Assembly: GCA_951406725.2 (NCBI GenBank)
Contig: OX597826.1
Span: 82,398,001-82,462,000, forward strand
Source: Octopus vulgaris
Taxonomy: Eukaryota
Length of the DNA: 64,000 bases
Direction: 5' to 3'
Made by a program: the position numbers and the translations under genes. This document shows, piece by piece, positions 25,311-41,007 of the stretch. How positions within the stretch are numbered: position 1 is the stretch's first letter; each line of letters opens with the position of its first letter. The notes beneath the pieces are model-generated. The model had not been told where the DNA came from. It did not search any database and was given only the letters and a program-made list of their open reading frames with translations.

Positions 25311-26771
25311 TCTAAAACCAATATTTATTCAAGCGATATATGAAAGCGGCTTTAGAAACAGACACCATCAGTCTTTTAATGTAGGCACTGTTAATATTTA
25401 TGCAAGATATTGTCTTCCCATAAAACCAAAATTTCACCATAAAATAAGGGTTGAAAATGAATTATACTCGTCTACTTTTTTCTTTTACATTATCAACCGG
25501 AAGGAAGTGCTTTATTAGAATTATCTCATTCTTTTACTCCTTCAGCCATTTTCAAAAATATATTCTTTATAAATATTTAGGTGAACGGGAGTTATTTTCA
25601 CTTCCACAAAAATGTTTTATATAGTGACTGAGCATTGACCACCGTTTCCACCAAGGCAAACCGTAAGGAATAGTCTGTTCATTCCATTATAATAACGTTT
25701 GCTATAAGAATATTTTTCGTAATTTTTTCTAAGCCTCGTTCCGAGAGCATTGTTATTGTTGATATCATTCATTTGCCAATAAAAAGTGTTTTTACTCTAG
25801 TATGATTTTATTTCAGTTGTTTATTAGTCTCTAACTTTTATTTTCATTCTCCTTCAACAAAAGATAAAGAAAGAATAAATTGAATATTACTACGTATTGA
25901 GGAAGCTCTTGTTTTTATTTATGGACGAATGAGAGAGAACACTCCGTTTCTATTGAGTCAACGAATATCTGACAGTGGAAAATGTTTATTATTGTTGTTT
26001 CTTTGTGGCTTTGTGTAACTGTTTGTGTAATTGTTGTTGTTCCATTTTACGCCTGTCTTCATGTAACAGAAGTGAGATCAAAGTTATAAAAAGAGAAATT
26101 CACTTTAAAATATTTGTTTCACAAAGCAATTTCTAAAATATAAATTCGTTATCCAGCCCGAGGCCTGTGTTAATTGAGAATGCTTACGATCAGAGAAATA
26201 CAAGCAGTTGTGACTAACCAATTATATTTAGCGTATGCAGTGTACGTTATGTAGAATATAGTATAGTTAGAGAATGTATAATAACTGAAGGATAATATTA
26301 CCTAAAGTACCTTTCGTTTATAAACAAATGTAGAGTATACTTGGTGGGGAGAAGAGTTGGTAGGTATTTTTCAAAAGTTGATGGGTTAATAGTGGTGGGG
26401 TTGTTGCTCGTTTTGGTTATGGTGTTGGTGGGGATGGGGATGATGGTGGTGATGGAGGTGATGGTGGGGATAGGGATGATGGTGGTACGAGGATTATTGT
26501 TGGTTGTGGGAATTGTCGTATTGTTCTTGTCTATTGTATTCTTGTTGCTGTTCAAACTCAAGTCATTCCTTATTGACCTCGGATGACAGTTAATCCATTC
26601 AAATCTTGAAATAATACACTCCACGTCTTGTTATCGTCTTTCATTTCAGATAGCCTTAATCATCTTTTTCTACTTAAGCCTTAATCATCTTTTTCTACTA
26701 ATTTTCATATTAATTGTTCTCTAAGGAGTTGGTTATAATTGGGTTTTGTATTTACGATAAACAAACAGATA

Positions 26772-27939
26772 CACAGACATGACAGAAGCAAATAGACACC
26801 CTTATAATCATTAAAATTTATTTGAATCTGAAATTATACATTCAGATTATTTACAAGTTATTATGAAGTGAATGTCTAATATCTAGTAAACATACCCTTT
26901 GCGTTTTTCAATGCAAGGACCCTATTAGACATGCTACTGGTTAGATGACGAATATTTTCTTGAGGAATTTCTTGCCAAATTTCATGCAATAATCTCAAAT
27001 ATCTGGCTTTGAAAATTCTTTCTTATTTTTTTTATGAAGAGTCCTATTGAATATGCTTCAGAGGTCTTCATTTGGGCTCACATATGATGACTGGTTGGCC
27101 ACAGAAGCTTTTTAATGCCATTCTTTTCTGATCAATCAATCTTGTGTCTTTTAGCTATGTGATAAGGAGACCCATCTTTCACAAATAAAAGAGTCTTCTT
27201 TAATCATTTCACTTCTGCAGAAGTTTGGAACGAATCTTTCCTGCAATATGGACACATATTTATCTGAGGATTTGTTTCACTCTCACTCCAGCAGCTCTGA
27301 ACGACCATTGTTTCAAATTGTTCCCCAGACCATCACAGAATAGCTACTATGTTTCATTTTGGGCTGCAATCTTTTCATCTCCAATTCTTGGTCACTGAAT
27401 TTCCAGACGCACACTCGATTACTCTGTGAAAATACAGCAAATCTAGACCCAACAGAGATGCTATTCCCAATCTTTTCTCCACATGATATTGGCTGGTTGA
27501 AGAAGTGGCTTCCTTCTTCCTCTTCTGCTATAGAAGCCAAGTTTATGGAGATACCTGATAGCTGTTCTGGAACTGACATCAACTTGTTCTGCTACGTCAG
27601 AGGGCGTCCCACGAGGATTATCCTCCAAACTCTCTTAACAAATGGTCCCGTCAAATGCTGCTGGTTGACCTGCGTGGGATAATGTGAATTGCACAATCAC
27701 TGTATTAACTGTATAAAGCGGGACCCCAAAGTTTTCTGCAATTTCATGCTGACCAAGTCCATATTGACCCACAATACGACCTCTTTGAAATTTGGACGGT
27801 TCCAAGGTTTTTTTTGTATGTGACATGATTAAACAGTCACATATAGAACCTGAAACATAACAAAAATATAAACTTTTGCAAGTTAAAATAAACAAAATAA
27901 TGTTTTATGCGGTGTCTATTTACTTCTGTCATGCCTGTG
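26772..27939 (-). mobile_element. Tc1-like DNA transposon relic with both TIRs and TA target duplication
   Basis: 29-bp TIRs CACAGACATGACAGAAGCAAATAGACACC and GGTGTCTATTTACTTCTGTCATGCCTGTG (2 mismatches), each flanked by TA. Decayed transposase reads FQRGRIVG...HEIAENFGVP..TV and KHSSYSVMVWGTI. Confidence 0.92.
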
Positions 27940-28329
27940 TATATAGACACACACACAACTACACTACACACACTTACACACTACACAACTACACACACTT
28001 ACACACTAGCACGCATGTACTAGTATGCACTTGTATGCACTTGATTGCACCTGTACAGACTAATTATAGTATTTTTTTCAAATTGGTGACTACTTTATTC
28101 TTAACAATAGCAGAGAGGGCGATCTTTTTGTGAATAAGGAATTGCGATATTGAAATTCTTAAAATTTAACCGAGTTTCTGCAAGAGAGAATTTAAAGATC
28201 GTCTCACGGAATTTGATGTCACAGTTTACCGCTTTTCTAAGCACGTGATCAATCCCGTTACCCGAGGTAGCTGTAATGGCAAAGAAGCTTATTCATATAT
28301 ATATATATACATACATACATACTTACATT

Positions 28330-28433
<104 letters not shown>

Positions 28434-31400
28434 AATATATATACATACATACAAGGAAGGCATAAATTAAACATCTTTTGATTTATTGTAATAATTTTGT
28501 CTTACAACTGTTTCCAGTAGCTATCAGAAGCTCGTTACTGCTAGGTTTAATTAATGGGCCCATTGTTCAGTTGAGAAAAATTGAACGACTTAGAAAGTTA
28601 ATGCTACATTCGCCAGATTCATTTCCGGTTATTTGAAGAAACCTATCAGATTAACCATTCTATAACCATTAATGGAAACAGCTGTTAGACAAATCTACTA
28701 CAGTAAAGGAAAACAAGAAATGAGAGTTATTTTTATTCCTTGTCCTGTGTATCTCTCTGTGTATAGATCAATATAACTGGAAAACAACCATGGATTTACA
28801 ATAATGAATGGTGATGATCCATGACCTCGGATCCCACCAAAAGGTTACGTGGTGTCATCTACTAATCTAAACGATATTGTTGACCCGGTGAACGAACAAA
28901 GTGTTTATAAAGGGTTTTGCCAGGATTGATTCCTCATTAATATTCTTCACTATAATTTTATATATATATATATATATATAATCAAAATAAGCAACAAGGA
29001 TATCCAAGGTAGTGTGTATCCTTGTTGCTTATTTTGATTATAATCACCCCATTTGATTTATATGGATAATACCATACAGAATGCTGGTGCCTTTAACTTA
29101 AGTACCATATTCATCTGAATCTAAATTTTGCTGAACTTATATATATATATTAGATATATATTACTTTGTTTACAAATATATAAGCACCAACAATCTTAAT
29201 AATTGTTACATGACGGACAGCGATGCTAGATTTGTGCCTAGTTGGAGAAGAGAGTGAATAATTAATCAATATTGGTTATCGATTTGTTAGATTGAATAAT
29301 AGAACATCTTGTATAATTCAAACATCATTAAATTTGTATAGAATCCGATTCTTAAATATTGTTCTAATAATCTATGAAATAATTTGCGTTCTTCATGCAT
29401 GAGAGGATTTCTGCATGAGTAAGAAGTAACGCCAACCATTCACAACGATGAATCGATGAATCCAGTTCTAATGGCATCCAGCAAGCGTAACAATGGCCGT
29501 TTGTTGTTCAGTCGCTCCAGTCATTAGCAACAATACTAATATTCGTATTATAAACTGGGGTAAATCTACACGTTTCGGTATGAAGATACGGTTATGTGAT
29601 TAAGAATAAGTTCGCTTCGGAACTGCGTACTTTGTAGATCCATTCTACTTCACCCTACCCCTTAGACACGTCTTTTGTACTATAGCCCCTGGTAGGTCAA
29701 CAATGAAATTTGTCGGAGAAAATATGTGAGAAATATAGCACTACTTAAAAGCAAGACTTGTAGGTTAAATGTTAATATGAGAAGAAGAGCATAGATTCAG
29801 AAATGAAACTTTACAGAAGGACACTGCTCATTCCGTACACTTAAAAAATGTTAAGAAATAATTAGTTCAGAAAATGCGAGGCAAATTAAGTGATTTGGCC
29901 ATGTAACACGAAGCGGGGACTTTCGACTTCTAGTGAATATGACGATTATTCTAACCAATCGCTTTCATCGATCCCAGTAATGAAACTTATTTTACTAACC
30001 ATGAAAATATGAAATGTAAAGTGGACCTCGATTGAATTTGAACACAGATCGTAAAGACCCGGAAATATGGCACTGAGCATGTTCTTTGGTGAAAGTATCT
30101 GGCAAAACATTACAAAAAGCATTGTACACACCAGGACAATTGACTTTTAAGCTCTTCGCCATTTCTAAAAGCACATACCCAGAGCAGGTCCACAAGCAAT
30201 GCTTGCCACTCTAATCAATATATCAAGGAGTTTTCTTGATGGAAATACTTTCTTCCTTCCGCTAATATAGTTTATTTTGGAAAAGCTAAAGACAGCTTGG
30301 TCAAAATCTAATATATCTCGTTTCAGACTGTTCAATCTTTACCCTCAACAATCAGAGATAAAAACTGTCTGCTTTTCCCTATCAAAATGAAGGCAGTGGG
30401 GCTCTTTAAAATAGATTCAGCTGCAACGGGATCCGCCCCACATTCGACTGTATCTGTTTCACATACATTTCCAAATCAGCAATGCACAGTCTCAATTGCA
30501 ATGCGAACGGTCTCGTTGCTCTGGGCGTAACTCGAACACGCTTTACTGATAGGACTTTTGCGCCTATAGAGTTAATTTGCAACGGACAATTCCACCCACT
30601 CTCTTAGGACTACCATTCCAGGAATTTATGGATGTACAACTCCAGAGAAAAGAGGTCCTATAGAAGAGATTGATTTTTGTCGATATCCAATGATTTCCTG
30701 AGAACAATATTGCTTTTGTGTGTTAGTTAACGTATATAACGAGTGGTAGTACTGTGAGCTGTTGACCACAATCTAGATGTCAGGATCCCAGTCTCAGTAT
30801 TGTTTTGACCCTGTATTACAGTTCTGTCAGAGACGAGTTCGGGAAAAAGCTATCATACAAACGGTGTTCACACACGTTCATTTGCAAGGTCAAGAAAAAC
30901 CAGGTTATACTGTAATATCAGGGCATGTCTGTGTAACATTTGCCATGACATTTCTAGACCTCCATGTAACAAGTGTTGAGAACAGATGAACCACCGCAGA
31001 GCAGAAAATAGATGTGTAGATTTTCCAGTCCGGTCAGACAAAGTAGGACAAGTTAGAATGGTCAGGCGGTAACAGATAACGGAAGTGTTGTAGAACTACG
31101 TCACTTCAAAGATTGCTTCTTCTCAGCAGATTCTTTGTTAAATGTCCTCGTCGTTCCGTATCACTTCTCACTCGTAAAAAGATTGGAACCAAACTACAAC
31201 ACTAAATATTTTAACCGCAACCTCCGTCAACCGAAACACGCCAGATGGATGGCTTAGATATGCCTTATGCATGCTTATCAATTGGACCATCGATTATTCC
31301 TAATTTTGTTTTGCTCCTATCACTCCCTTCTACTGCTTTAGAGCGGTGCCGATCAACTGCATGTGGGAATTCGTCTGCATATGCAGACACATAGTTTTGG

Positions 31401-34400
31401 CATGTTAGTTTGAACGAAACCAGTAGCTGCAACGACAGCAGGCAACTATTAGTGGTCGATTCCATAAAACAGTTTTGTTTGTTTTGAATTAGACAAACCT
31501 CCAACCATAAAAAGGTTCCTTACGTACATAAATATCAAGATTAGCAGCTGTACTATATAATGAACATTAATTTATTTTGTATTACGTACGCTGATGTCTC
31601 TAAGCAGCAATCACATCCGTTAGGACTTGTTGTAAATATTGTTCGTGTTTAGAAATGAGTTATGTTTTTGAGAAACACAGAAAATAGACCACCAAAAGTT
31701 TTTGCTTGGCAAAAGTTTTCTAAATATATTTTCAGAAAATATACATGTTTTTGAGTATAAAATACAAACAAAGAAGAGGACGTAGACACTACTTCCTAAA
31801 ATCCTGCGAAACATCATTTATTCTGAAATTATAGTTTGAAAATACATTTAACTATTTCATTTCCCCTGCTTTGACACAGACGCTTTGCTCTGCGCGAAGA
31901 TTTTGGGCTGTTTACCAAATACGTTGGGAAATTGTCTTGAATTATCTCCCCTATCTATCACTGTCAGTTATTTTCACTTGGCAGGCAAAGAATTATATTC
32001 TTAAACGATTCTTAATGTAAAATATATTGAATTTGTTTGTATGATTCTTAACTGTTTTTCGTCTCTTTTTTTTTCCTCGTCTTTTTATTTTTTTGAAGAC
32101 TTCAAAACTGACACCGGAAGATATATTTCATGGAAAGAAGAAGAAACTGAAAATGTCTTTGTTCAAATGGATAGAATAACTTATCATTATTTCAAAGTTT
32201 TTTTTCCACGACCAATACATTTAACTAAGACACTACGAGGCATTTCCCTGTGCTGTAAGTCGGTAGGAACGAAAGATATCTTACTGCTAGCATTGACAGC
32301 TCGATGATATGTTTTGCTATGTTACGATACCGACTTTTTCACTCTCTTTAGCTTATTCGATAACAAAAATGTTGCTGATGCTGTTCTTGTTCAGCCTTAA
32401 GTCAACGTTCATCGGGCTCCAATATGTTTCCTTTTATTCAACGTTTATCATCCGTTTCGCCCCCTTTTTACATCAGTTGCTTGGGACTCTATTATCAATG
32501 ACACTTCATTACACATTGAAATAGATTCAACTGTTATTTTTAAATGTCTAGAAGTCAGGTAGATGATCCCATGCGTCTTAAGACTGCTTTTATGTGAATG
32601 AGGTGCGGCTTCGTTTTCTCGTACAAATACGTGGAATAAAACTGCAACAGAAATAAAACAGACTGAAGCAGATTAATAAATAAAATCAAATTGCGTAATC
32701 TATGTTTTCCCTCTATTATCTTGGACTTTGTGCGGTTCGTTTTGCAAGAAGCCAGAGTAGTTATTGCTTGAGATCATTAAATGTGTGACCATTCTCTATT
32801 TTGTCGATAATGAAAGACTACTATTATATAATTATTCTCATTTTATCGCAATACGGTGCTTGTTTCTATCTCAGTTTCTGCGACAACATAAGCGAGATAT
32901 TCAAAGGAATGTTACGTGGCATCTAAAGCAATCCCTCCATATCGTGCGTCCTTACTATACACCCAGGTACATCGACTTACCACCCGGATATAGGAAAGCC
33001 TGGTTCTCTGATGGCTACTCTAGACTATTTCAAATGACATCGTTCTACAGATGTTGCTTGCTTCAATGGAGCCCAAGTAACGTGCATTTATACATTTTCA
33101 TTACAGGACCATGTTGTGAGGAGGATCAGAATAAATTGGGACGGTGCACCTTACTCTCGTCTAGAGGTAATTAAACAACCAGCCAGCCAGCCATCGACCT
33201 CTTACCCATAACATTACGAGGGTGACTTATATTGGAAAAGCTTACTTCTACATTACTACAAATCTCGTGTAATTCTTAATGGAATTTTTTCTTTAGAATA
33301 TGTTTTCATTGAAGTTCCCATCCAAATTAATACAAATTCCTATTCATAAGTCGTTGCAATCGATAAGGTTGTCTGTGGTCTGTCATTGCTGATGGTGTTA
33401 CTTCTCCTATTGTTACTGCTGATGTGAAACTTCTTGTTGTGGCCGTTATTGTTGGTTTGTGTGGTGTTTGCTGTTGTAGTTGTACTTCTTGCGAAGTCGT
33501 TGTTGCATTTGTGCGCTTTTGCCATTGTTGTAGTTCCTGTTATTGGTGTGTTGGCTTGTGTGTTTTGTAATCTTTAGTTGGTGTTCATTTCGGCTCTGCC
33601 AAGGCATTTTGCTTTGGCGAGTCAAATAACTGGTTCGCCTGGCCTCACTTTTTTTCTTCTACATCAATCACTCCAATCCGCGGGCCCTTTGCATTATTGA
33701 AGACGACCATATGAGGGTAATCTTTCCGCTAACCTACAAGCTGTCACCGACAATGTTCTTGAAGCGGTGCTTTCTGAAACGCAAGACTGTTGTTGCATTC
33801 TCTTCCTTCATCGGCTCTTTCATTTCTCTCACGCATTCACACTTTAACTAGTTTGCTTTCTGCATCCAACACAAGATATCATTCTGGGATAATTCCATCT
33901 ATCCCCTGAACTTGCATAGCAGACCAGATCCTACCCGAAGACATATAATTTTATGGTACAATTCGATTGAGCACCCACCTGTTGTCTGCTGAAATGAAAT
34001 GTTATGATGCACCAACGTGCATCTTTACTACGAATGCCATAATTTTCTTTCTATTTCGTCTCTACATATATCGCAGGACCAGCCTGTAGCTTTTAGGTGG
34101 ATGTTCATACTCTGCTTTACTCTACACCTTCAACTTCGACTTAAAGACCAAGCAGTTGCTCCAATGATGTTAAAGGAAACATAAATTTTACAAACCCTTT
34201 CGCAAAGCTGTTTTTCCTTCGGGAGCATAATAAAGGAGCCCTTATATGTTGATAACACTGTGCTATGTTAATCTCCCCTTACTCATTCCTTAATGCATTC
34301 CTCTGCGAAAGAAGGTTCTGTCCGTTGCCGTAATATTCCTCGCCCCGATCAATAATGATTATCTTAACTTGCTTAAGTCATATTCTATGAAAAATACTGT

Positions 34401-37400
34401 TATTACTTAAGCGTGTTTTTATTTGTTACTTTGGACGTTCGCTCTATTCTTTGGCTTTGGATTCCTAAGCATTTGTAAATAACCGTTTTGTGATAAGTTC
34501 CTTGCCGGATGGATTTTGTTTTATAAAGTTATGTTTACATCAAAGACATTGTAAGGACGTGTTCTGTATTTTTTGAATCCTAAGAGTATAAATTAAAGGC
34601 TTCTTTCTCCCAGGCAGCAGTGGAGAAGCCACCAACGTTAGATGTGTTCGTCGTAGTGGCTTCTTCTGCTGGTGGCGTTGGTGATCGAGGTGGGAAATTC
34701 CTGAAGCAAGAATGTTTTTCCCATTTTTCTTTCTCCTTTTTGGTGTTCCTGTTTTTTTTTTATTTCACCATTTTTGTTGTTCTAACTTGTTACTGTCATA
34801 TTTTCGTTTGACACTCCTATAGAGGTGCTGGTGCTAGAGGTGAGGCACCTTTCACTTAGCTCTTCTAACATCTGATCTAACCTATCTTTTCCGTCTAAAA
34901 TTTTCACACCTTGGAATGTGTTAGGGAAATGACAAGTTCTTCAAAATTAACCACTAGTTCCGCCAAGAATGGCGAAAACAGAATTGAGAAACTTCCAAGT
35001 ATCTTTGTAACTTTGAGAAACACAAAGCAAAAATTTGAACGTATGTCTTTCAAAGGCAGTGAAAATGTAAGTAAACTTACAGGAGACACAAAGCGACGTG
35101 ATGTGGCCAGCGCAACGCTGACGACGACGCTACTGCAATAACCGTGGAACAACAGCAATAATGATATTGAACGTTAATATAAGCAACTGATGATGATGCA
35201 GATAAATGACGTAAATATATTGGCATTAATCTTTAAAGTTTTGTAACAGGCCTGTGTTTTATGAGAAGATACTGGAGTCAATATGGATAAAAGAAAAAAA
35301 AATCGACAGAAAACGGATCCATTGTAGAACAGAAAAGAACAAAAAGAATACTTCCTGATAACGAATAGACAAGCGCTATTAGATGTTGAATCTAAATTGA
35401 AATACCCATACATGCATTCTTATATACATATATATACACACACACACACATACACATATAAATATATGTATGTGTGTATGTATGTAAATTATATATATAT
35501 ATATACATATAAATGGATACATATATGTGTGTGTGTTCTTATGTAGGTATATCTATACGAATGTTTTTTTTTTGTTATGAAATAGCAAAGCCATTGCAAC
35601 AACATAAAATAAAATATGAACACGAAGTACAGGAAATTATAGAAAATCTTATTCAACTTGTTAAAGCAGAAACTCGGAGAATAAAGCGTTTGGAGAGAAG
35701 AACAGAATAACTCGAACAATATAGAATATTTCGCGGATAAATGGAAAAGAAACAATCAAAAAACATCACAGGGATTCAAACAAGAAAAATTTAAATGTAG
35801 AATCCCTTCCAAATAAATAATAGAAAAAAAATCTATAAAATATTTAGAGAATATCTGAAAAGAGAAAGAGCAAAACGCGATGAAGCAGAAAGTGTGTTAC
35901 ATAATACAAAAGAAAACAAAAGCGACACAAAAAAGTGACACACAAAAAAAAGAGACACAAAAGAAAAAAAAAATTCCCATCGGATGAAAAGACGCACGCC
36001 AGGGGAAGAAATGAATATTGGAACTCATTTGGTATCGATAAAATTCAGAATTTCTGGATTGAATACTTACAAAGCTTTCACAAATACATTGTCAGAAGCT
36101 TTATTATAATCAATAATAACCAATCCCAATAATCTTCGTGACGGAAGCCATTATGTTGTCGATCGATCTGCTTGAAATAACAGCCAAAATTACCTCACTT
36201 TGTCTAACATCTTAGAAAGGAAGGGCAAATAGTACAGTGTGTATAAAACTCTTAAAGAAGCCGCGATGTGAATGTTCCTTTCTTTAATACAGTTAATTAC
36301 AAAAGAGTCTACAAGAAAAATGTCTCCAGTTCCCAACTAGTATCGTACTTCTCAATTCAAAAAGGTTGAAATCTGAAGAACACCTCGGTGAGATTTGAAC
36401 ACACTGTGCAGAGATACGGAACAAGAATCTATCACGAGAAATTCTGTCCGACATCAACTTGTACTCTTAATTATATAAGGCGTAGGAATATTATTAATTC
36501 ATTTTAACAGTTTAATAAGAGGCAGCCTGAATTTTAACAACAGTATGTAAGAAATATTATAATCCAGGGAAGTTGTCCATTTGTGATCAGTTCAAGAGCT
36601 CGAAATAACAATTAGAATAGTGATGTTGATTTGCAACAAAAGTGGCAACCATTATGTTAATGGTGCACTTCTGAACTAAACCCAGAATAGAAAATGCTAG
36701 GGAAGTAATATACGAAATAATTGATTGAAGCGCTGAAAATAAGGTCTTCTCTGAGAGTAATGATGACAGACCTGCATTTTAAAAATTACTAAACTTGAGA
36801 AATTTATCTAAAATTATATCTTTAATGCGGAAACAAATTGTGTTTTTGGCCTGCTCTGCTCTCAATTTCTCCAACATATTCCTCAAACCTGGTTGTTAGT
36901 GCTCCTCGTTGCCCACATTCTTGCAATTTCGCCTGTTAGTGGTTTGCAGTTCTTCATATGTTAATTTACTACTCCGAATCAATTCAAGAGCTTTGAGAAT
37001 TGTCGCTCGAAAATAACATATTTACAGCAATTCAAGATCACCCCTCCACCCCATCACTCTTCTGTTTGTTCAATGAAAATGTTCCTACGTTGCGTCTTTG
37101 ATAAAGCAAGTGACACTATTTAGTTCTTAACACATTTTCTTTGAATTAAACCCATCAATTCTTTGCTTGTTACGATTATGAAAGAGTCGAATTGCCTTGT
37201 GTCATTCGTGGCATCCCTTCACTCTCTGAGTTGAAATCCTGTCCTGATCAGCAGTGAAGTACTGAGGTCGATACAATCGATTATTAATTCAAAACTTCTC
37301 ACTTTGTGGTTAAGCAATCAGAGAGAAGAGTTAGAGGTTTCTGTAGTTAGAATAAGGAGAATATTTAGATTATCGCAAAATAATGACATGCTGTATATCT

Positions 37401-37545
37401 TCTTCCGTTTCTGTATATTCTCAGTTGAAATCCCACTGACGTTGGCGTAGCTCTAATTCTTTCGAGTTCGATCAAATAAAGTAGCAGTCTGTGTTCCATG
37501 AAATCGACTACATTCCTCGGCCTAAAATTGCTGGCATTTCGATAA

Positions 37546-38437
<892 letters not shown>

Positions 38438-39150
38438 GCTGCTGCTTTTGCTGTTGTTTTGCTATTGTTATAGTACATTGTCGGTGACAGCTTGTAGGGT
38501 AGCGGAAAGATTATCCTCATACCGTCGTCTTCAACAATGCAAAGGGCCCGCGGATTGGAGTGATTGATCAAGATAAACACGCTCTTTCAGGGCTACTGCG
38601 TTAGAAGTGAATTTTGTTGTCTACAGAAAATAATTAAAATTTTTATTGTGGTATTTTGTAAGGCAGTCAGATTGAAAATGTGCTAATTTTGCGAAAGTAT
38701 GTCCCTTAAGGTTGCCTTTTGGGGCTTTTATATGTAAATTTAAGTACTTTAGTACAAACTAAAGACCATAGCTAAGTGACATTATGAATTATAGTGTCAC
38801 TAATACAACACGGCGTTTCGAAATACACAACAAACATATCTCACAAATCATTTCATAACACAAACAAATAGCACACCAGCACATATACAAATACCTCCGA
38901 AAGAATAAGGGATTTCAGAGAGTGTGTAACAAAGCAGTGCTGTGGGAGCACCCGAAGCCAGACGAAGAGGCGTAATTCCACCACGGACGGAATCCGGTAG
39001 CTCACTTAGTTCTGTCTAGCACGGCCTGAGAAAATAGGCCACCTGTTCAACGGCATAAGTTCAGTAGACATACATGTGGTAGCCATTAGCTATACGAGAG
39101 TTTCCGATCCACAACCAAACATGGCCCTATCCACTGGGCCATTGCGCCTT

Positions 39151-39261
<111 letters not shown>

Positions 39262-39351
39262 TTATATATATATATATACATATATGAGAGGGAATCCACT
39301 CATATATTATTAAATTAATATACAATTTTTCACCCTTATTTTGATTTTGAT

Positions 39352-40531
39352 ATATATATAAACTGAGAATGTGTGTCTATATGTCTGTCTGTCTGTGTGT
39401 TTCCCTAAAACTTGAGAACTGCACAAACAATTTCATTCAAATTTTACACATGCCTTACTTAGTGTCCGAGGTGTGTCATCGGCAAAAAGCATTTTAACTT
39501 TTTGCCTAGGGCGAGCCCACAGCAATATCAAATCTTCTCCACTACGATTCCCTAAAACGTGAGAACTACACAACCAATTTCATTCAAATTTTACACATGC
39601 CTTACTTAGGGTCCATGTAGTTTCATGGAAAAAAATGTTCAACTTCTTGCCTAGAGCGAGCCCATAGATATATCATATCTTCTCCACTATTTCAGTATTA
39701 CGTGTTAAAAGTGAAACAAAAATATTTCTCTATTTTATGTTAGATACTTTCACTTTAACAATAAAAATAATAATAACAATTGAATTATATGTAGTAACTA
39801 ATAGTTAAAATCAAACTAAAGTATAATATAATCGTAACATAACAAAAGTAAAAATAACAATTGGTATAAAATTGCACCAATGACTTGAACTTGAATAAGT
39901 GGTTTCACATGAATGGGAATAAATCAAAAATAAAATTAGCATGCAGAAATGGAATAGTCCAGATGGATAATAAAAAATTAAATTAAAGAAGAGACTATTG
40001 TCTATAAAGTGTACAATGTCAAGAAAAAAGAAGATTTGAACACCTGGAGGAAAGCACCATCGAAAAGTGTCTTGGAGCGACTATGAAAGATATCTAATCA
40101 GTGGCGGTAAATTCGCCACAATAGAAACAAGGTTCGAGTCAACTGAGCGTGCAAGAGAGTACTCGACTCGAACTTGCAAAGTGGAAATATTTTATTTTTA
40201 CCTTTCTATCAGGGATGTAGGATGTGCCGGATAAAGATTAAAAATGGTCCCCCCACCACAGAAGTTGAGGTAGGCTGGATTGTAGCCACACTTCTATAGA
40301 AGAGGGAGGACAAGATACAATTGATCGAAATTGCAAGAGACGGGCTTACAATTCCAGTCTGTTATATATTTTGAGTATTGTTATCACTAGCGATATCAAG
40401 ATATAACTTTGTATTTTGTATTTTATGTGTAGATGTATATATATAGATGTACATGTAATATGTACACATATATATACACATATATACATGCACAAGCACT
40501 ATGACCCGGCAATGACGGGTCATAATGCTAG
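39352..40531 (+). mobile_element. Non-autonomous Helitron-like element
   Basis: 5' part ATATATATAAAACTGAGAATGTGTGTC..(TGTC)n, an internal ~150-bp tandem duplication, and a 3' hairpin GACCCG-GCAATGA-CGGGTC followed by CTAG|T. Whether both ends belong to one copy is uncertain. Confidence 0.65.
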
Positions 40532-40550
40532 TATATATATATATATATAT

Positions 40551-40924
40551 ACAAGCAATATCGCCCGGCGTTGCTCAGGTTTGCTTCGACCCTTTAGAAT
40601 TGGAATTTTTGAAAAGTAAAAGGTTTGCATTATGTAGCTTGTTATTCTCTTGAAGTGAACATTTTTTTGGGTTGAAATACACCGAAAAGTGGCGACACAG
40701 CAGTCAAAAAATCGTAAAATATAGGTATTTTCACAGAAAAAGCACTTTTTTGATGTAAATAAGTTTTGGCCTTAACCTGGTCTGATTTGAATTTTCTTTC
40801 TACGGAATGAAGAGCAAGCCTTCTTCTATCATACTCTCAATTTTGGTCAACTAGCACCGCAGGGTCTCAGAGGAGATAGTTTTAGTTGAAGGCTACCAAA
40901 CCTGCCACACACAAACAGCTTCAG

Positions 40925-40935
<11 letters not shown>
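40551..40935 (-). mobile_element. Non-autonomous Helitron-like element
   Basis: Plus strand begins ACAAGCAATATCGCCCGGCGTTGCTCAGG (decayed CTAG plus subterminal hairpin) and ends CACACACAAACAGCTTCAGTTATATATA. Both flanks are (TA)n. Confidence 0.65.

Positions 40936-41007
<72 letters not shown>

Noticed and set aside
26298-26624. Hydrophobic or Thr/Ile-rich ORFs resembling a membrane or mucin-like protein
   Set aside because: They derive from a degenerate (GGT/GAT)n low-complexity tract.
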